A DNA stretch of 64,000 nt from Leptolyngbyaceae cyanobacterium T60_A2020_046 (GCA_015272155.1 JACYME010000077.1:2404-66403); one strand, 5' to 3'. Shown: positions 21,433 through 30,064, counted from the stretch's first letter. The notes: generated by a model not told the origin, from the sequence alone. Translations and numbers: made by a program.

Positions 21433-22215
21433 TCACGGTTGGGGATCTGGGGTTGGGCGATCGCGCTCGGGGCAGTCTTTCTCGATAGTTGGGGCCAAAT
21501 CCCCATAGGCAACGTTGATTTGACTGCGCCGTTCATAGAGACGATTCATCCACTGGGGATCTAAGTGCAAGTGATACATCAGCTTGAGGACTTGGTTGAG
21601 CCATGCCTGGCGGTAGACGCCGCGATCGCGAAAGCGTCGGGCGGAGGTCGTCACCGCCAGGGGCAGGAGGTGGGGCGCACCATAGCGGCTCAGGCGTTGG
21701 CTGAGGGCGGTGTCTTCAAAGATATCCATATCGGGGACACCACCGATTTCTAGCAGGAGCGATCGCCGCGCAAAGATACAGTGATCGAGATACAGCACCT
21801 GGCTCCAGCGCGGGCGCACCGTGTTGGAATACCAGGAGGTGAAGCGCAGCAGCCGATGATCCCAATCAAACTGATGGCGAAACCCACCCCAGGCAACTTG
21901 AGGATCAGCGATCGCGGCTTCAATGGCAAGCAGTGCCGTCTCTGGCGGGAGCAGGGTAGCCGGATGGTGCAGCAACACCACCTCGCCCCGACTGGCGGCA
22001 ATGCCCTGGGTAAGGCGCTGGGCGCGGTTGGTCGCATCGGATTCAATGACGCGAATGTGGGGAACCTGGGCCAGGGTTGCCAGGGTGTCATCGGTGCTGG
22101 GGCTGACGACGGCAATAAGTTCCTTCTCGCCCTGTTGCGCCGTCAGGTTTTCGATAATTTGCGGCAGGTAGCCGTGGCGAAGCTCGTTAAGACAGGGCAG
22201 AACAATCGAAATCAC
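21433..22215 (-). CDS. Family 2 glycosyltransferase
   Basis: ISIVLPCLNE...AVVSPSTDDT...VLLHHP has the layout of a GT-A fold N-terminus. Confidence 0.65.
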   Translation of the reverse strand: MISIVLPCLNELRHGYLPQIIENLTAQQGEKELIAVVSPSTDDTLATLAQVPHIRVIESDATNRAQRLTQGIAASRGEVVLLHHPATLLPPETALLAIEAAIADPQVAWGGFRHQFDWDHRLLRFTSWYSNTVRPRWSQVLYLDHCIFARRSLLLEIGGVPDMDIFEDTALSQRLSRYGAPHLLPLAVTTSARRFRDRGVYRQAWLNQVLKLMYHLHLDPQWMNRLYERRSQINVAYGDLAPTIEKDCPERDRPTPDPQP

Positions 22216-22230
22216 GCGCCAGCCTTCCTT

Positions 22231-23142
22231 TTACTCGGGTGACTCGGGGGTGTTGTACCAGAGGATATCGGCGATCGCGTCGGACGAGTTAGCCGCACGG
22301 TCTGCGGAGTAATTGAGCAACACTCGGGTTTGCTGAAGGTCGTCACCGAGCCGCCGAGCCACGCGATCGGGAATGCCGTAGCCATAGACCACGTGGCCGC
22401 TGCCCGCCAAGACAATGACCACTGTGTCGGGATGATTCTGCTTAAAGGTTGCGATCACCTCAGCCATCGTTTCATCCCACACCACTTGGGCAGCAAAAAA
22501 GTTCTCAAAATCAAAGGATCCGTGGCTGCCGTGGCCGCTGAAGGCGTCCTGTATCCAGGCTTGATAGTCTGCATTGCTGGTGTCAATGTCCCCACGGGCT
22601 GGAATGTATGAAAAATCCTCTGCCGTAAGGCTATCCAGCCCCGATCGCGACACCTGGCGCACCACCTCACTGGGAGCATTAAGCGCCAATAGGGGAATCT
22701 GCTTAGCTTGGGCAAAGCGCACGATGGGCGCGTAAAACTCCCACGGAAAGCCCCACCGCTGCGCATACTCGGTTTGCGCAATCAAATCCGCCTCAGAAAT
22801 TTTGCCCGCCAGGTAGCGATCGAGCACGGGCTGAAAAGGCCGCTGAAACATTTCGAGGGCGATCGCGATGTTCGGATTTTCCTGATAAATCGCTTCGATA
22901 ATGGCAAGCTGAGCCGCATGGTCGGCAACGCTGTCGTGGGTTTCACCCAAATACACCACATCCATCTGGGCAAAGCGCCGCACCTGGGCCGCCGCCAAAT
23001 CAGACCACGGTTCTCCAGAGACGATCAGCGGTGCTCCGGGGGAGGCCGTGTTATTGGCGGAGCAGCCCATCGGCACCATCCACAACAACGCACTGCTGAG
23101 GACGGCCCAGCCAAGGTGCCAGCGTCGAAAGCGAAGGGTCAT
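22231..23142 (-). CDS. ChaN-family (haem-binding uptake, Tiki superfamily) lipoprotein
   Basis: VVYLGETHDSVADHAAQLAIIEAIY and the later LAGSGHV motif. Lipobox LLWMVPMGCS. The start is set at the internal ATG (MTLRFRRW). Confidence 0.65.
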   Translation of the reverse strand: MTLRFRRWHLGWAVLSSALLWMVPMGCSANNTASPGAPLIVSGEPWSDLAAAQVRRFAQMDVVYLGETHDSVADHAAQLAIIEAIYQENPNIAIALEMFQRPFQPVLDRYLAGKISEADLIAQTEYAQRWGFPWEFYAPIVRFAQAKQIPLLALNAPSEVVRQVSRSGLDSLTAEDFSYIPARGDIDTSNADYQAWIQDAFSGHGSHGSFDFENFFAAQVVWDETMAEVIATFKQNHPDTVVIVLAGSGHVVYGYGIPDRVARRLGDDLQQTRVLLNYSADRAANSSDAIADILWYNTPESPE

Positions 23143-23259
23143 GACCGGGTTGACACCTCCAAAAACGTTCGCGCAGCACCCAGACAGAGCAGCGTCAGCC
23201 GACATGGGGGAAGAGGGCTGACTGCTGCCACTGTGAGCGATCGCACCGCCCCATCACGA

Positions 23260-23736
23260 CTACCCGATGTTGGAATAGGGATCCGCATCAGCCCGTTTTT
23301 CCTGGAGTTGGGTTTGGAGGAGCGTTTGAAAATCTTCGCGGCGCACTTCAATGCCCTGGGCGAGGTTGCCGGGGGTATCGAAGAACACCAGACTGTCGAG
23401 ACTCTTGATCGCCAACATCTGAAAAATGATGTGGGTGACGGGCGTCGGAATTGCCATAATTTGCGGATCGCGGACGGACTGCGGCCCCGCTGCGGCATCC
23501 TTGAGCGATGGATAGGCGTAGATCACCGTCTTGCGGGTGTTGGGCTGCTGGCGGCTGCTGAGGGTGGTGAGCACCCAGCCCTGATCTAGGGTCTGCAAAA
23601 TGTAGTATTCCGTGCGCTTGAGGCGACTGGCGATCGCCTTCAGCGTTGGGGCGATCGTTTCCACCGCCTGCCCCGTGACCCCATCCGCAGGAGCCTCATC
23701 AATCAAAGTTTGGATTTGCTGATCCAGATCATCCAT
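23260..23736 (-). CDS. Hypothetical protein (158 aa), first gene of a co-directional four-gene string
   Basis: Long ORF with ordinary composition. It is co-oriented with the ChaN, GT2 and HpsJ-like genes, separated by short gaps. I recognise no motif. Confidence 0.5.
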   Translation of the reverse strand: MDDLDQQIQTLIDEAPADGVTGQAVETIAPTLKAIASRLKRTEYYILQTLDQGWVLTTLSSRQQPNTRKTVIYAYPSLKDAAAGPQSVRDPQIMAIPTPVTHIIFQMLAIKSLDSLVFFDTPGNLAQGIEVRREDFQTLLQTQLQEKRADADPYSNIG

Positions 23737-23946
23737 ACCGTTAAGCCTGTGAGCGGGACTCGGGCTAGAGGGTCAACTCAGAGTCCCCCTGCCACCGTCA
23801 TGCCATCCCCCAAAGTGGCTGCGGGGGCAAAGCACGCAACACTGCCCATCATAGCGACCGATGGCGATCGCGAAACGGCGATCGCACCGCCCTATTTCCG
23901 TCCCCCTCAGAGGAAAGCCGCCATCCTAAAAATCCTGTGTTAGGGT

Positions 23947-25095
23947 TTGAAAGATCACACACCATCGGGGTTCTTCTTCCAGAGCGTGGAAGCACTGTCG
24001 GAGAAGCTATATCAAGGGCTCAAGCAAGCGACACCGGCCTCCGATCGCAACTGTCGTGACGTGGCCGAGCGCATTAGCCAAGAAGTCCAACGCATTTGCA
24101 CCCAAAGTAAACGGATTCAAACTTCGGGTAACATTGACGCTTGGGCAGTCAGCCTGGGGAAGCATCGCCTTACCCAATGTCTGCGGTACTACAAACTGGG
24201 ATCGCGCCAAGGCCGCATTGAGCTCCACAGCACCCTAAGCGCCATCATTTATCGCTACATTGCACCCCCCCAGGCCCAGGCCAGCTATCAAGCGCGCCTG
24301 ACCCTGATTGAAGACTTTTTGCAAGGGTTTTATGTTGAAACGCTGAATGCCTTTCGGCGGGAAAATCCCGTGCCTCCGGATTATCAGCCCAGAACCCTGC
24401 TCGAACTTGCAGAGTACATGGCCTTTAGCGAGCGCTATGGCAAGCGCCGGATTCCGCTGCCGGGGCGCAGAAGCCAGCAGCTTGTGATTCTCCGGGCACA
24501 AACCTTCTCAAAGCAGCAGCCGCCCGAAACTGCGGTGGATATTGAGCAAGCCACGGAGGGCGGCACCGCCGAAGCCGATGATGTGCGCGAAATGTTGCCC
24601 TATCACCGCCTGCGGGAAGAACTGGTGGCCCAGCCCGATACCCTACCTGAAGAGGTGCAGCGCAACCGCGTCATTGAAGCGCTGCTGAGCTACCTCAAAG
24701 AACGCAACCAGGAGGACTGTGCCGACTACTTTACCCTGCGGTTGTTGGATTTGCCGACGGCGGAAATTGAGTCTATGTTGGGGCTGACGCCGCGCCAACG
24801 GGACTATTTGCAGCAGCGGTTCAAGTATCACTTGATTCGCTTTGCGCTGTCGCACCATTGGGAACTGGTTCACGAATGGCTAGAGGCAGATCTGGAGCAC
24901 AACCTTGGACTCACCGCTCAACAGTGGGAGGCGCTGAAAAAGGTGATTACCCAAAAGCAAGAAAAACTGTTGCAGCTCAAGCAGCAAGGGCTAGAAGATA
25001 CTGAGATTGCGCAAATTCTGGGGCTCACCTCGACCCAGTTTCAAAAGCAGTGGACAAAGTTGCTGGAACAGGCTTGGGAAATCCGAAATTTCTGA
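23947..25095 (+). CDS. HetZ-like protein (putative DNA-binding regulator)
   Basis: The strings GRIELHSTLSAIIYRYIAP, RLTLIEDFLQGFYVETLNAFRRE, LLELAEYMAFSERYGKRRIPLP and LVILRAQTFSKQQPPE match my recollection of HetZ/HetZ-related proteins. The C-terminus is HTH-like (EDTEIAQILGLTSTQFQKQW). Confidence 0.55.
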   Translation: MKDHTPSGFFFQSVEALSEKLYQGLKQATPASDRNCRDVAERISQEVQRICTQSKRIQTSGNIDAWAVSLGKHRLTQCLRYYKLGSRQGRIELHSTLSAIIYRYIAPPQAQASYQARLTLIEDFLQGFYVETLNAFRRENPVPPDYQPRTLLELAEYMAFSERYGKRRIPLPGRRSQQLVILRAQTFSKQQPPETAVDIEQATEGGTAEADDVREMLPYHRLREELVAQPDTLPEEVQRNRVIEALLSYLKERNQEDCADYFTLRLLDLPTAEIESMLGLTPRQRDYLQQRFKYHLIRFALSHHWELVHEWLEADLEHNLGLTAQQWEALKKVITQKQEKLLQLKQQGLEDTEIAQILGLTSTQFQKQWTKLLEQAWEIRNF

Positions 25096-25120
25096 ATTGT
25101 CCGGAGGGGGAAAGACCGCT

Positions 25121-26149
25121 GTGAAAAATGACTCAGACGCAATCCGGAGCTTTCTTTTGGGGCTCCTAGAGCACTTTACTCAGACCGTCTCTTCACCATC
25201 AGGGCAGGCTGTAGAGACTAACGTCACAGAGTTGGAGGCTGACCCGAGCCAATCGGCGATCGCGGCCTCTGGGAATCTGGGTTCTGGTGTAGAGCCCGTG
25301 GGTTCGTCGTTGTCTTCTACGGATTCGGATGATTCGACGCCTTCATCTATGTTGCCTTTTGCTGAGCTGGAAGATTTGCCCGCCGTGCAGGATCATTTTC
25401 AAACTGTATTGAAGCGACGGTTGCAGGTCGAAATCGATCGCAACCCGCCGCTGTTTCCCTGGGAATCAGAACTCCAAGACTATCCCGTCGCCTTAGCTCC
25501 CGAGACGACGTGGCCGTGGTTGGCCCAACTACGATCGCTGAAGCTGCCTACCACTCTGCCAGAGTCCGTTTTGGCGCAGTTGCTTGAGCGCTGCCAAGCA
25601 TTGCTCCACGACGCCCTGCAACCGGGGGTGCAACTGGTGCAGGCGGTGTCGCCCCTGTTTCCAGAACAACCCCAAGCGATCGACCAAATTGCCGGTTTGA
25701 TGCTGACTGCCGCCGCCGGACGCGGAGCTTCGGGTCGGGACTTTAGCGACCTCAAGGATGCCTTTCCCGTTGGCTACGATGGCGCAAACCCGCAGCAGCA
25801 GATTACGCTGGCGATGTTGGCGGCGCGGGAAATCTTTGAGGCGCTGACCCTGACCCTGACCCCTAAAATCCCCACGTTGACGCGAGTCTGGCAGACAAGC
25901 CAGGGTGACGTGAGGGTGACTGTGGCGTATCACGCTGGAACCAATCAGGTGGCGATCGCAGCAACGTTGCCGGAGCCCGGTTCCCTGACGCTAATCACCC
26001 CAGAGGGGTCTTTCCATGCAGGAGACAAAGCCTCTCTGGAGCTGGCTTTAGATGCTCCGCAGTGGGGCGCATCCTATCCTTTGGAGGTGGGTTTGGGGGA
26101 CGGGTCGCGGCTATCGTTCGCGATCGCCCTAGCCGACGCCGACGCCTGA
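25121..26149 (+). CDS. Hypothetical protein downstream of the hetZ-like gene, in the position occupied by patU in heterocyst formers
   Basis: ORF in the 25007 frame. I chose GTG 25121, which is preceded by GGAGG (25102-25106), over ATG 25007, which would overlap the upstream gene by 89 nt. The functional label rests on gene order only. Confidence 0.5.
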   Translation: MKNDSDAIRSFLLGLLEHFTQTVSSPSGQAVETNVTELEADPSQSAIAASGNLGSGVEPVGSSLSSTDSDDSTPSSMLPFAELEDLPAVQDHFQTVLKRRLQVEIDRNPPLFPWESELQDYPVALAPETTWPWLAQLRSLKLPTTLPESVLAQLLERCQALLHDALQPGVQLVQAVSPLFPEQPQAIDQIAGLMLTAAAGRGASGRDFSDLKDAFPVGYDGANPQQQITLAMLAAREIFEALTLTLTPKIPTLTRVWQTSQGDVRVTVAYHAGTNQVAIAATLPEPGSLTLITPEGSFHAGDKASLELALDAPQWGASYPLEVGLGDGSRLSFAIALADADA

Positions 26150-26285
26150 AGGCTTCCTGAGTATGCGGTGCGCTGTGAGCCCATGCGTTGTAGGGCCGAT
26201 GAAATGCCCCGCAGGGGGCTGTAGAACGCTGTTGGGCGCTGGAAGGGTGAGCTAGCATAGGGGCGACCTTAGACGGGCCAGAGCA

Positions 26286-28643
26286 GTGTCTTTTCGTTCA
26301 CGGTGGCAGCAGGTTTTCCCTCTTTCGGCGCGCTGGCAGCAGGCCCGCCACCCGTGGCAGGTCAACCGTGTTGAACCAGAAGATTCCATTGCCCTCCGGA
26401 TTTGGGTGCAGGGTCTGGTGGCGGTGGGCATTGCGGCAGTTTCGGTAGCGGCGGTTGGGGTTGCCCCCGCGTCGTTGTTTAATCTGCTGGCGATTCCCCT
26501 CAGCGCGATCGGGGCGTACTGGAGCTGGACGCATCGCCGCCGCTCGAACATAGGAGTGAAGTTTGTGATTGCCCTGGGCATGTTGTTGGCCCTGGGCTTT
26601 TTTTTGGCGCAATTGTTGGGCCGGGGTGGCGACACCCGTATTTTGCTGGCTGAATTGCTGATTCACTTGCTGGTGTTACACAGCTTTGATATGCCCCGGC
26701 GGAAGGATTTGGGCTATTCCATCGTCATTGCGCTGATTTTGATGGGGGTGTCGGCAACGATTAGCCAAACTCTCAGTTTTGCACCAATGTTGCTGATGTT
26801 TTTGGCGATCGCGCTGCCCGTCATGATGTTGGACTATCGTTCGCGGCTGGGGCTGCGAGGCTGGGGCGGAGCATCGACCTCGGCGTCATCGGTGCCGTGG
26901 CGGCGGTTGGCGGCGTTGCTGGGTATCACGCTCACAGTCGGGCTGCTGATCTTTGCCCTATTGCCAAGGTTTCCGGGGTATCAGATTCGCAATTTTCCGG
27001 TGAGCGGCACAATTAACTTTCAGGGGGAATTCACCGGCGATCGCGTCCTAAATCCGGGCTATTCCAGCGATGGATCTCGGGGGCCAGACGGCCAAGGTAA
27101 CGGCATGGGCACGAGCGACGACGGGCCGGGGCAGTTTGATGGCACCTTTTACTACGGGTTTAACGATCGCATGAATCAAAACCTGCGTGGGTCGATGGAA
27201 CCCCAAGTGATGTTTCGGGTGCGATCGCAGGCTCCGGGCTTTTGGCGAGTGCTGGCCTTTGATCGTTACACTGGCCAGGGCTGGGAGATTTCTCAGCGCG
27301 ATGATGTGGAAATCCTCGAGCGCTCTTACTTTTCCTACAAAACAGTTTTGCCCGACGCTGCGATGCAGCCCATGCGGCGGGATAACGACGGCAGACGCCG
27401 GGAGGTGATTCAAACCTTTACGCTGGTGAATGCCTTTCCGAACCTGCTGCCCGCGATGTATCAGGCCCATGAGCTTTACTTCCCAACCCGATCAATCGCC
27501 ATTGATGCAGAGGGAAGTCTGCGATCGCCCGTGTTGCTTCAGCCAGGGTTGACCTATACCGTCGTGTCTGAGGTACCCTACCGCGATCGCACCCTGCTGC
27601 GGCAAGCCCGTACTGACTATTCCCCTCGCATTCAAGAGCGCTATTTTCAAGTCCCAGAGGCCATTCGCGATCGCGTGCGCGAACAGACCGAAGCCCTGAT
27701 GGCCGAGTCACCCATCCCTCTCACAGACCCCTACGAAAAGGCGCTGTACCTTGCCCAAGCTCTCAAGCAAAATTACACCGTACAGCCCGAGCTTCCCTTC
27801 TTTGAGGACGATGAAGATCTAGTCGAAGCCTTTCTCTTTCGCTATGGCGGCGGCTATCCCGATCATTTTTCGACGGTGTTGACGGTGATGCTGCGCAGCA
27901 TTGGCATCCCCAGCCGGGTGGTGGCGGGCTTCTCCTCTGGAGACTTTAATCCCTTCACGGGCTACTACGTGGTGAGCAATACCGACGCCTTCACCATGAC
28001 AGAGGTGTACTTTCCGGGGTATGGCTGGTTTGGGTTTAACCCAATTCCGGGGCTAGAGCTACTTCCGCCCGAAATCCGCGACTCCCAGACCTTTAGCGTG
28101 TTGCGTCAGTTTTGGAACTGGATTGCGGGCTGGCTGCCGACTCCCGTCACCAGTTGGATAACTGGAGTCGTGACCCAGGTGTTCCTCTGGCTGGGGCGTG
28201 TAATCGAGCTGCTGGGGCGTGGCTGGGTGGGCGCGATCGCGGGTTTCTTGGGGGCGACGGGGCTGGCCTTTTTGGGTTGGCTGAGCTGGCAGAGCTGGCG
28301 ACGATGGCAGCACTATCGGTGGCTGCGTCGCCTAGACCCCATGGAGCAGGTTTATCAGCGGTTGTTGGGCTGGCTGGCGGTGCAGGGCTATCCTAAAGCG
28401 CCCTACCAAACCTCGCTGGAACACGCGATCACACTGCAATCGCACCTGCCTACGGAAGATGCCGCAGTGGTTGGAGCGATCGCCCGGGCCTATGTGAGTT
28501 GGCGCTATGGTCAGCATCCCCAGGATGTTGAAGCGCTAGCGGCTCAAGTGCGATCGCTCCAGAAACGCCAAGGCTGGCGGTCTCAACTCCGAGCTTTGCT
28601 GGATCGGCAGCAGCGGGGAGGGGCGATCGGCGACCTTCCCTAG
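26286..28643 (+). CDS. TgpA-like transglutaminase-domain membrane protein
   Basis: N-terminal multi-TM region, then a central transglutaminase core (GGGYPDHFSTVLTVMLRSIGIPSRVVAGF...TDAFTMTEVYFPGYGWFGFNP), then C-terminal TM helices and tail. Confidence 0.75.
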   Translation: MSFRSRWQQVFPLSARWQQARHPWQVNRVEPEDSIALRIWVQGLVAVGIAAVSVAAVGVAPASLFNLLAIPLSAIGAYWSWTHRRRSNIGVKFVIALGMLLALGFFLAQLLGRGGDTRILLAELLIHLLVLHSFDMPRRKDLGYSIVIALILMGVSATISQTLSFAPMLLMFLAIALPVMMLDYRSRLGLRGWGGASTSASSVPWRRLAALLGITLTVGLLIFALLPRFPGYQIRNFPVSGTINFQGEFTGDRVLNPGYSSDGSRGPDGQGNGMGTSDDGPGQFDGTFYYGFNDRMNQNLRGSMEPQVMFRVRSQAPGFWRVLAFDRYTGQGWEISQRDDVEILERSYFSYKTVLPDAAMQPMRRDNDGRRREVIQTFTLVNAFPNLLPAMYQAHELYFPTRSIAIDAEGSLRSPVLLQPGLTYTVVSEVPYRDRTLLRQARTDYSPRIQERYFQVPEAIRDRVREQTEALMAESPIPLTDPYEKALYLAQALKQNYTVQPELPFFEDDEDLVEAFLFRYGGGYPDHFSTVLTVMLRSIGIPSRVVAGFSSGDFNPFTGYYVVSNTDAFTMTEVYFPGYGWFGFNPIPGLELLPPEIRDSQTFSVLRQFWNWIAGWLPTPVTSWITGVVTQVFLWLGRVIELLGRGWVGAIAGFLGATGLAFLGWLSWQSWRRWQHYRWLRRLDPMEQVYQRLLGWLAVQGYPKAPYQTSLEHAITLQSHLPTEDAAVVGAIARAYVSWRYGQHPQDVEALAAQVRSLQKRQGWRSQLRALLDRQQRGGAIGDLP

Positions 28644-28681
28644 CGCCACCGCCTTCACCCTTGCTCCCGGCAAGCCATCAC

Positions 28682-29227
28682 CTAGAGATAGGGCTTCGCC
28701 AACATAAAGCTGGAAATCAATTTCGCGTCGATCGCCTCGCCTGCATAAATCGCTTTCTCCAAAGCGTCTGGAGACATCAACACCACCTCGATGTCTTCGT
28801 CTTCGTCGCCCTCGGGTTGAATGTCCAGCTTTTCCAGATCCGTCGCTAAGAAGGGATAGATCAGCTCATCGGAATAGCCTGGTGCCAGTGCAAAATTGCC
28901 CAGCGATCGCCACGTACTCGCCCGATACCCCGTCTCCTCCTCAAGCTCCCGCTGAATCGTCGCTGCCGGGGTTTCATTGGGCTCTACCGTACCCGCTGGA
29001 AACTCCAACAGCCGACCCTGTAGGGCAAAACGATATTGCCGCACTAACACCAGTTCCCCTTCTAAGGTGACAGGAACTGCCAGCGCCCCGCCCGGATGCC
29101 GGATACACTCCCACGCTCCCTCGCTGCGATTCGGCAGCCGGAGGTAGCTCACCTCAAAATTGAACTTACGGCCTTGATATAACAACTGCTGTTTGAGGAG
29201 TTGGGGCGGTTCTTGGCCTAGAGACAT
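28682..29227 (-). CDS. NUDIX hydrolase (ADP-ribose pyrophosphatase-like)
   Basis: Nudix box GTVEPNETPAATIQRELEEETGY. Confidence 0.85.
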   Translation of the reverse strand: MSLGQEPPQLLKQQLLYQGRKFNFEVSYLRLPNRSEGAWECIRHPGGALAVPVTLEGELVLVRQYRFALQGRLLEFPAGTVEPNETPAATIQRELEEETGYRASTWRSLGNFALAPGYSDELIYPFLATDLEKLDIQPEGDEDEDIEVVLMSPDALEKAIYAGEAIDAKLISSFMLAKPYL

Positions 29228-29723
29228 TCGGGTTGCAACCTAAGAAACAGTGAGCGCAAGGCATTTCCCTCTGGTTCCGAAAGGGAGGACGCCGAAAATG
29301 CAAAATCAAATCTTACTGCATTGTGTGAATCACGGAGAGGCTGCGGCGTCTGAACCCTAGGGCCAACGCATACTCGGAAAATTTGACCTTACCGAGTGCC
29401 CAGGCAGAGGCTAGGAGACAGGGAGTCGGCAAAGCTCAGGAGGATGCGTTAGCCCTGCTGCACCCGAGTGGTGCGTCAGCCTCAAATTCGTACGTGGCCA
29501 GCGCCCGATTCCCTTTGGGAAGGCGATGTCAACGACCTGCTCGGGTGAGCGTTCTCTCAGGGCGTTCGGGCTGGGAGCGTGTCACCTTGGCCGGTTGCCC
29601 TACCCTGCGGGAAGAGCGAGATCTACATTCCCTAGCGCCGTCTCCCGAGCGAAAAGGTGGAGGAGGCGTTGCTGCATCTGGGGATGAACGCGCCCAAGCC
29701 CCTCTCCCAAGCCCTCTTCCGAG

Positions 29724-29850
29724 GGGCTATCCCTTACACAAATATTCCTGTATTGCTTGCCAGTCAAGTGCTTCGGCAATCGGTTATGCGGTTGTCAGGG
29801 CTGTAAAACCTCTCCTCTCCTTGCAAAGGAGAGGAACTGGATGGGGAACC
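29724..29850 (+). ncRNA. Conserved structured element, copy A (candidate ncRNA or repeat core)
   Basis: About 80 percent identical by eye to the reverse complement of 59109-59242. A 10-bp helix (29752-29761 / 29775-29784) is preserved by compensatory changes. The element ends in a hairpin, ctctcctt-gcaa-aggagag. Confidence 0.45.
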
Positions 29851-29930
29851 TACGCTCCTTGCAGAAGGGAGGAACTGGATAGGGAACCTACGCTCCTTGC
29901 AAAGGAGAGGAACTGGATGGGGAACCTCGC
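29817..29930 (+). repeat. 38-bp tandem repeat, three full units plus a degenerate fourth
   Basis: Units at 29817-29854, 29855-29892 and 29893-29930 (ctccttgcaaaggagaggaactggatggggaacctacg and variants). Each unit carries a hairpin. Confidence 0.85.
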
Positions 29931-30064
29931 CGCTCTTTCAGAAGGATCGGTGCCGCAGGCGGTGAGGGTTGGGTTGCCCCGGCGGAGCCTAAAAGTCTCT
30001 GATGGCATAACTGATTGACTTGTGCTGAATGGATAGCCCGAGGGGAGAGGGAAGCTGCCTTTCA

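Larger units (their letters stand above)
29712..30051 (+). mobile_element. Candidate MITE-like unit bounded by imperfect 21-bp inverted repeats
   Basis: ccctcttccgaggggctatcc (29712-29732) matches the reverse complement of ggatagcccgaggggagaggg (30031-30051) at 17 of 21 positions. AAG flanks both ends. There is no coding capacity. The unit contains the conserved core and the 38-bp tandem module listed below. Confidence 0.35.

Noticed and set aside
22708-23589. 293-aa + strand ORF
   Set aside because: It is antisense to the ChaN-like gene and the 158-aa gene, and its composition is Arg/Gly-rich.
23737-23946. HetR binding site upstream of the hetZ-like gene
   Set aside because: The best candidate, agagggtcaactcagagtccccct, has the wrong spacing (11 nt rather than 5) and imperfect half-sites.
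29817-29946. Possible CRISPR array
   Set aside because: The 38-bp units are directly adjacent with no spacers, and there are no cas genes in the window.
29383-30018. 211-aa + strand ORF spanning the NUDIX-purH intergenic region
   Set aside because: Its composition is junk-like (runs of R/G/A/S/P). It reads straight through the 38-bp tandem repeats and the conserved element. Its similarity to ORF 59167-59388 is a by-product of the DNA repeat.
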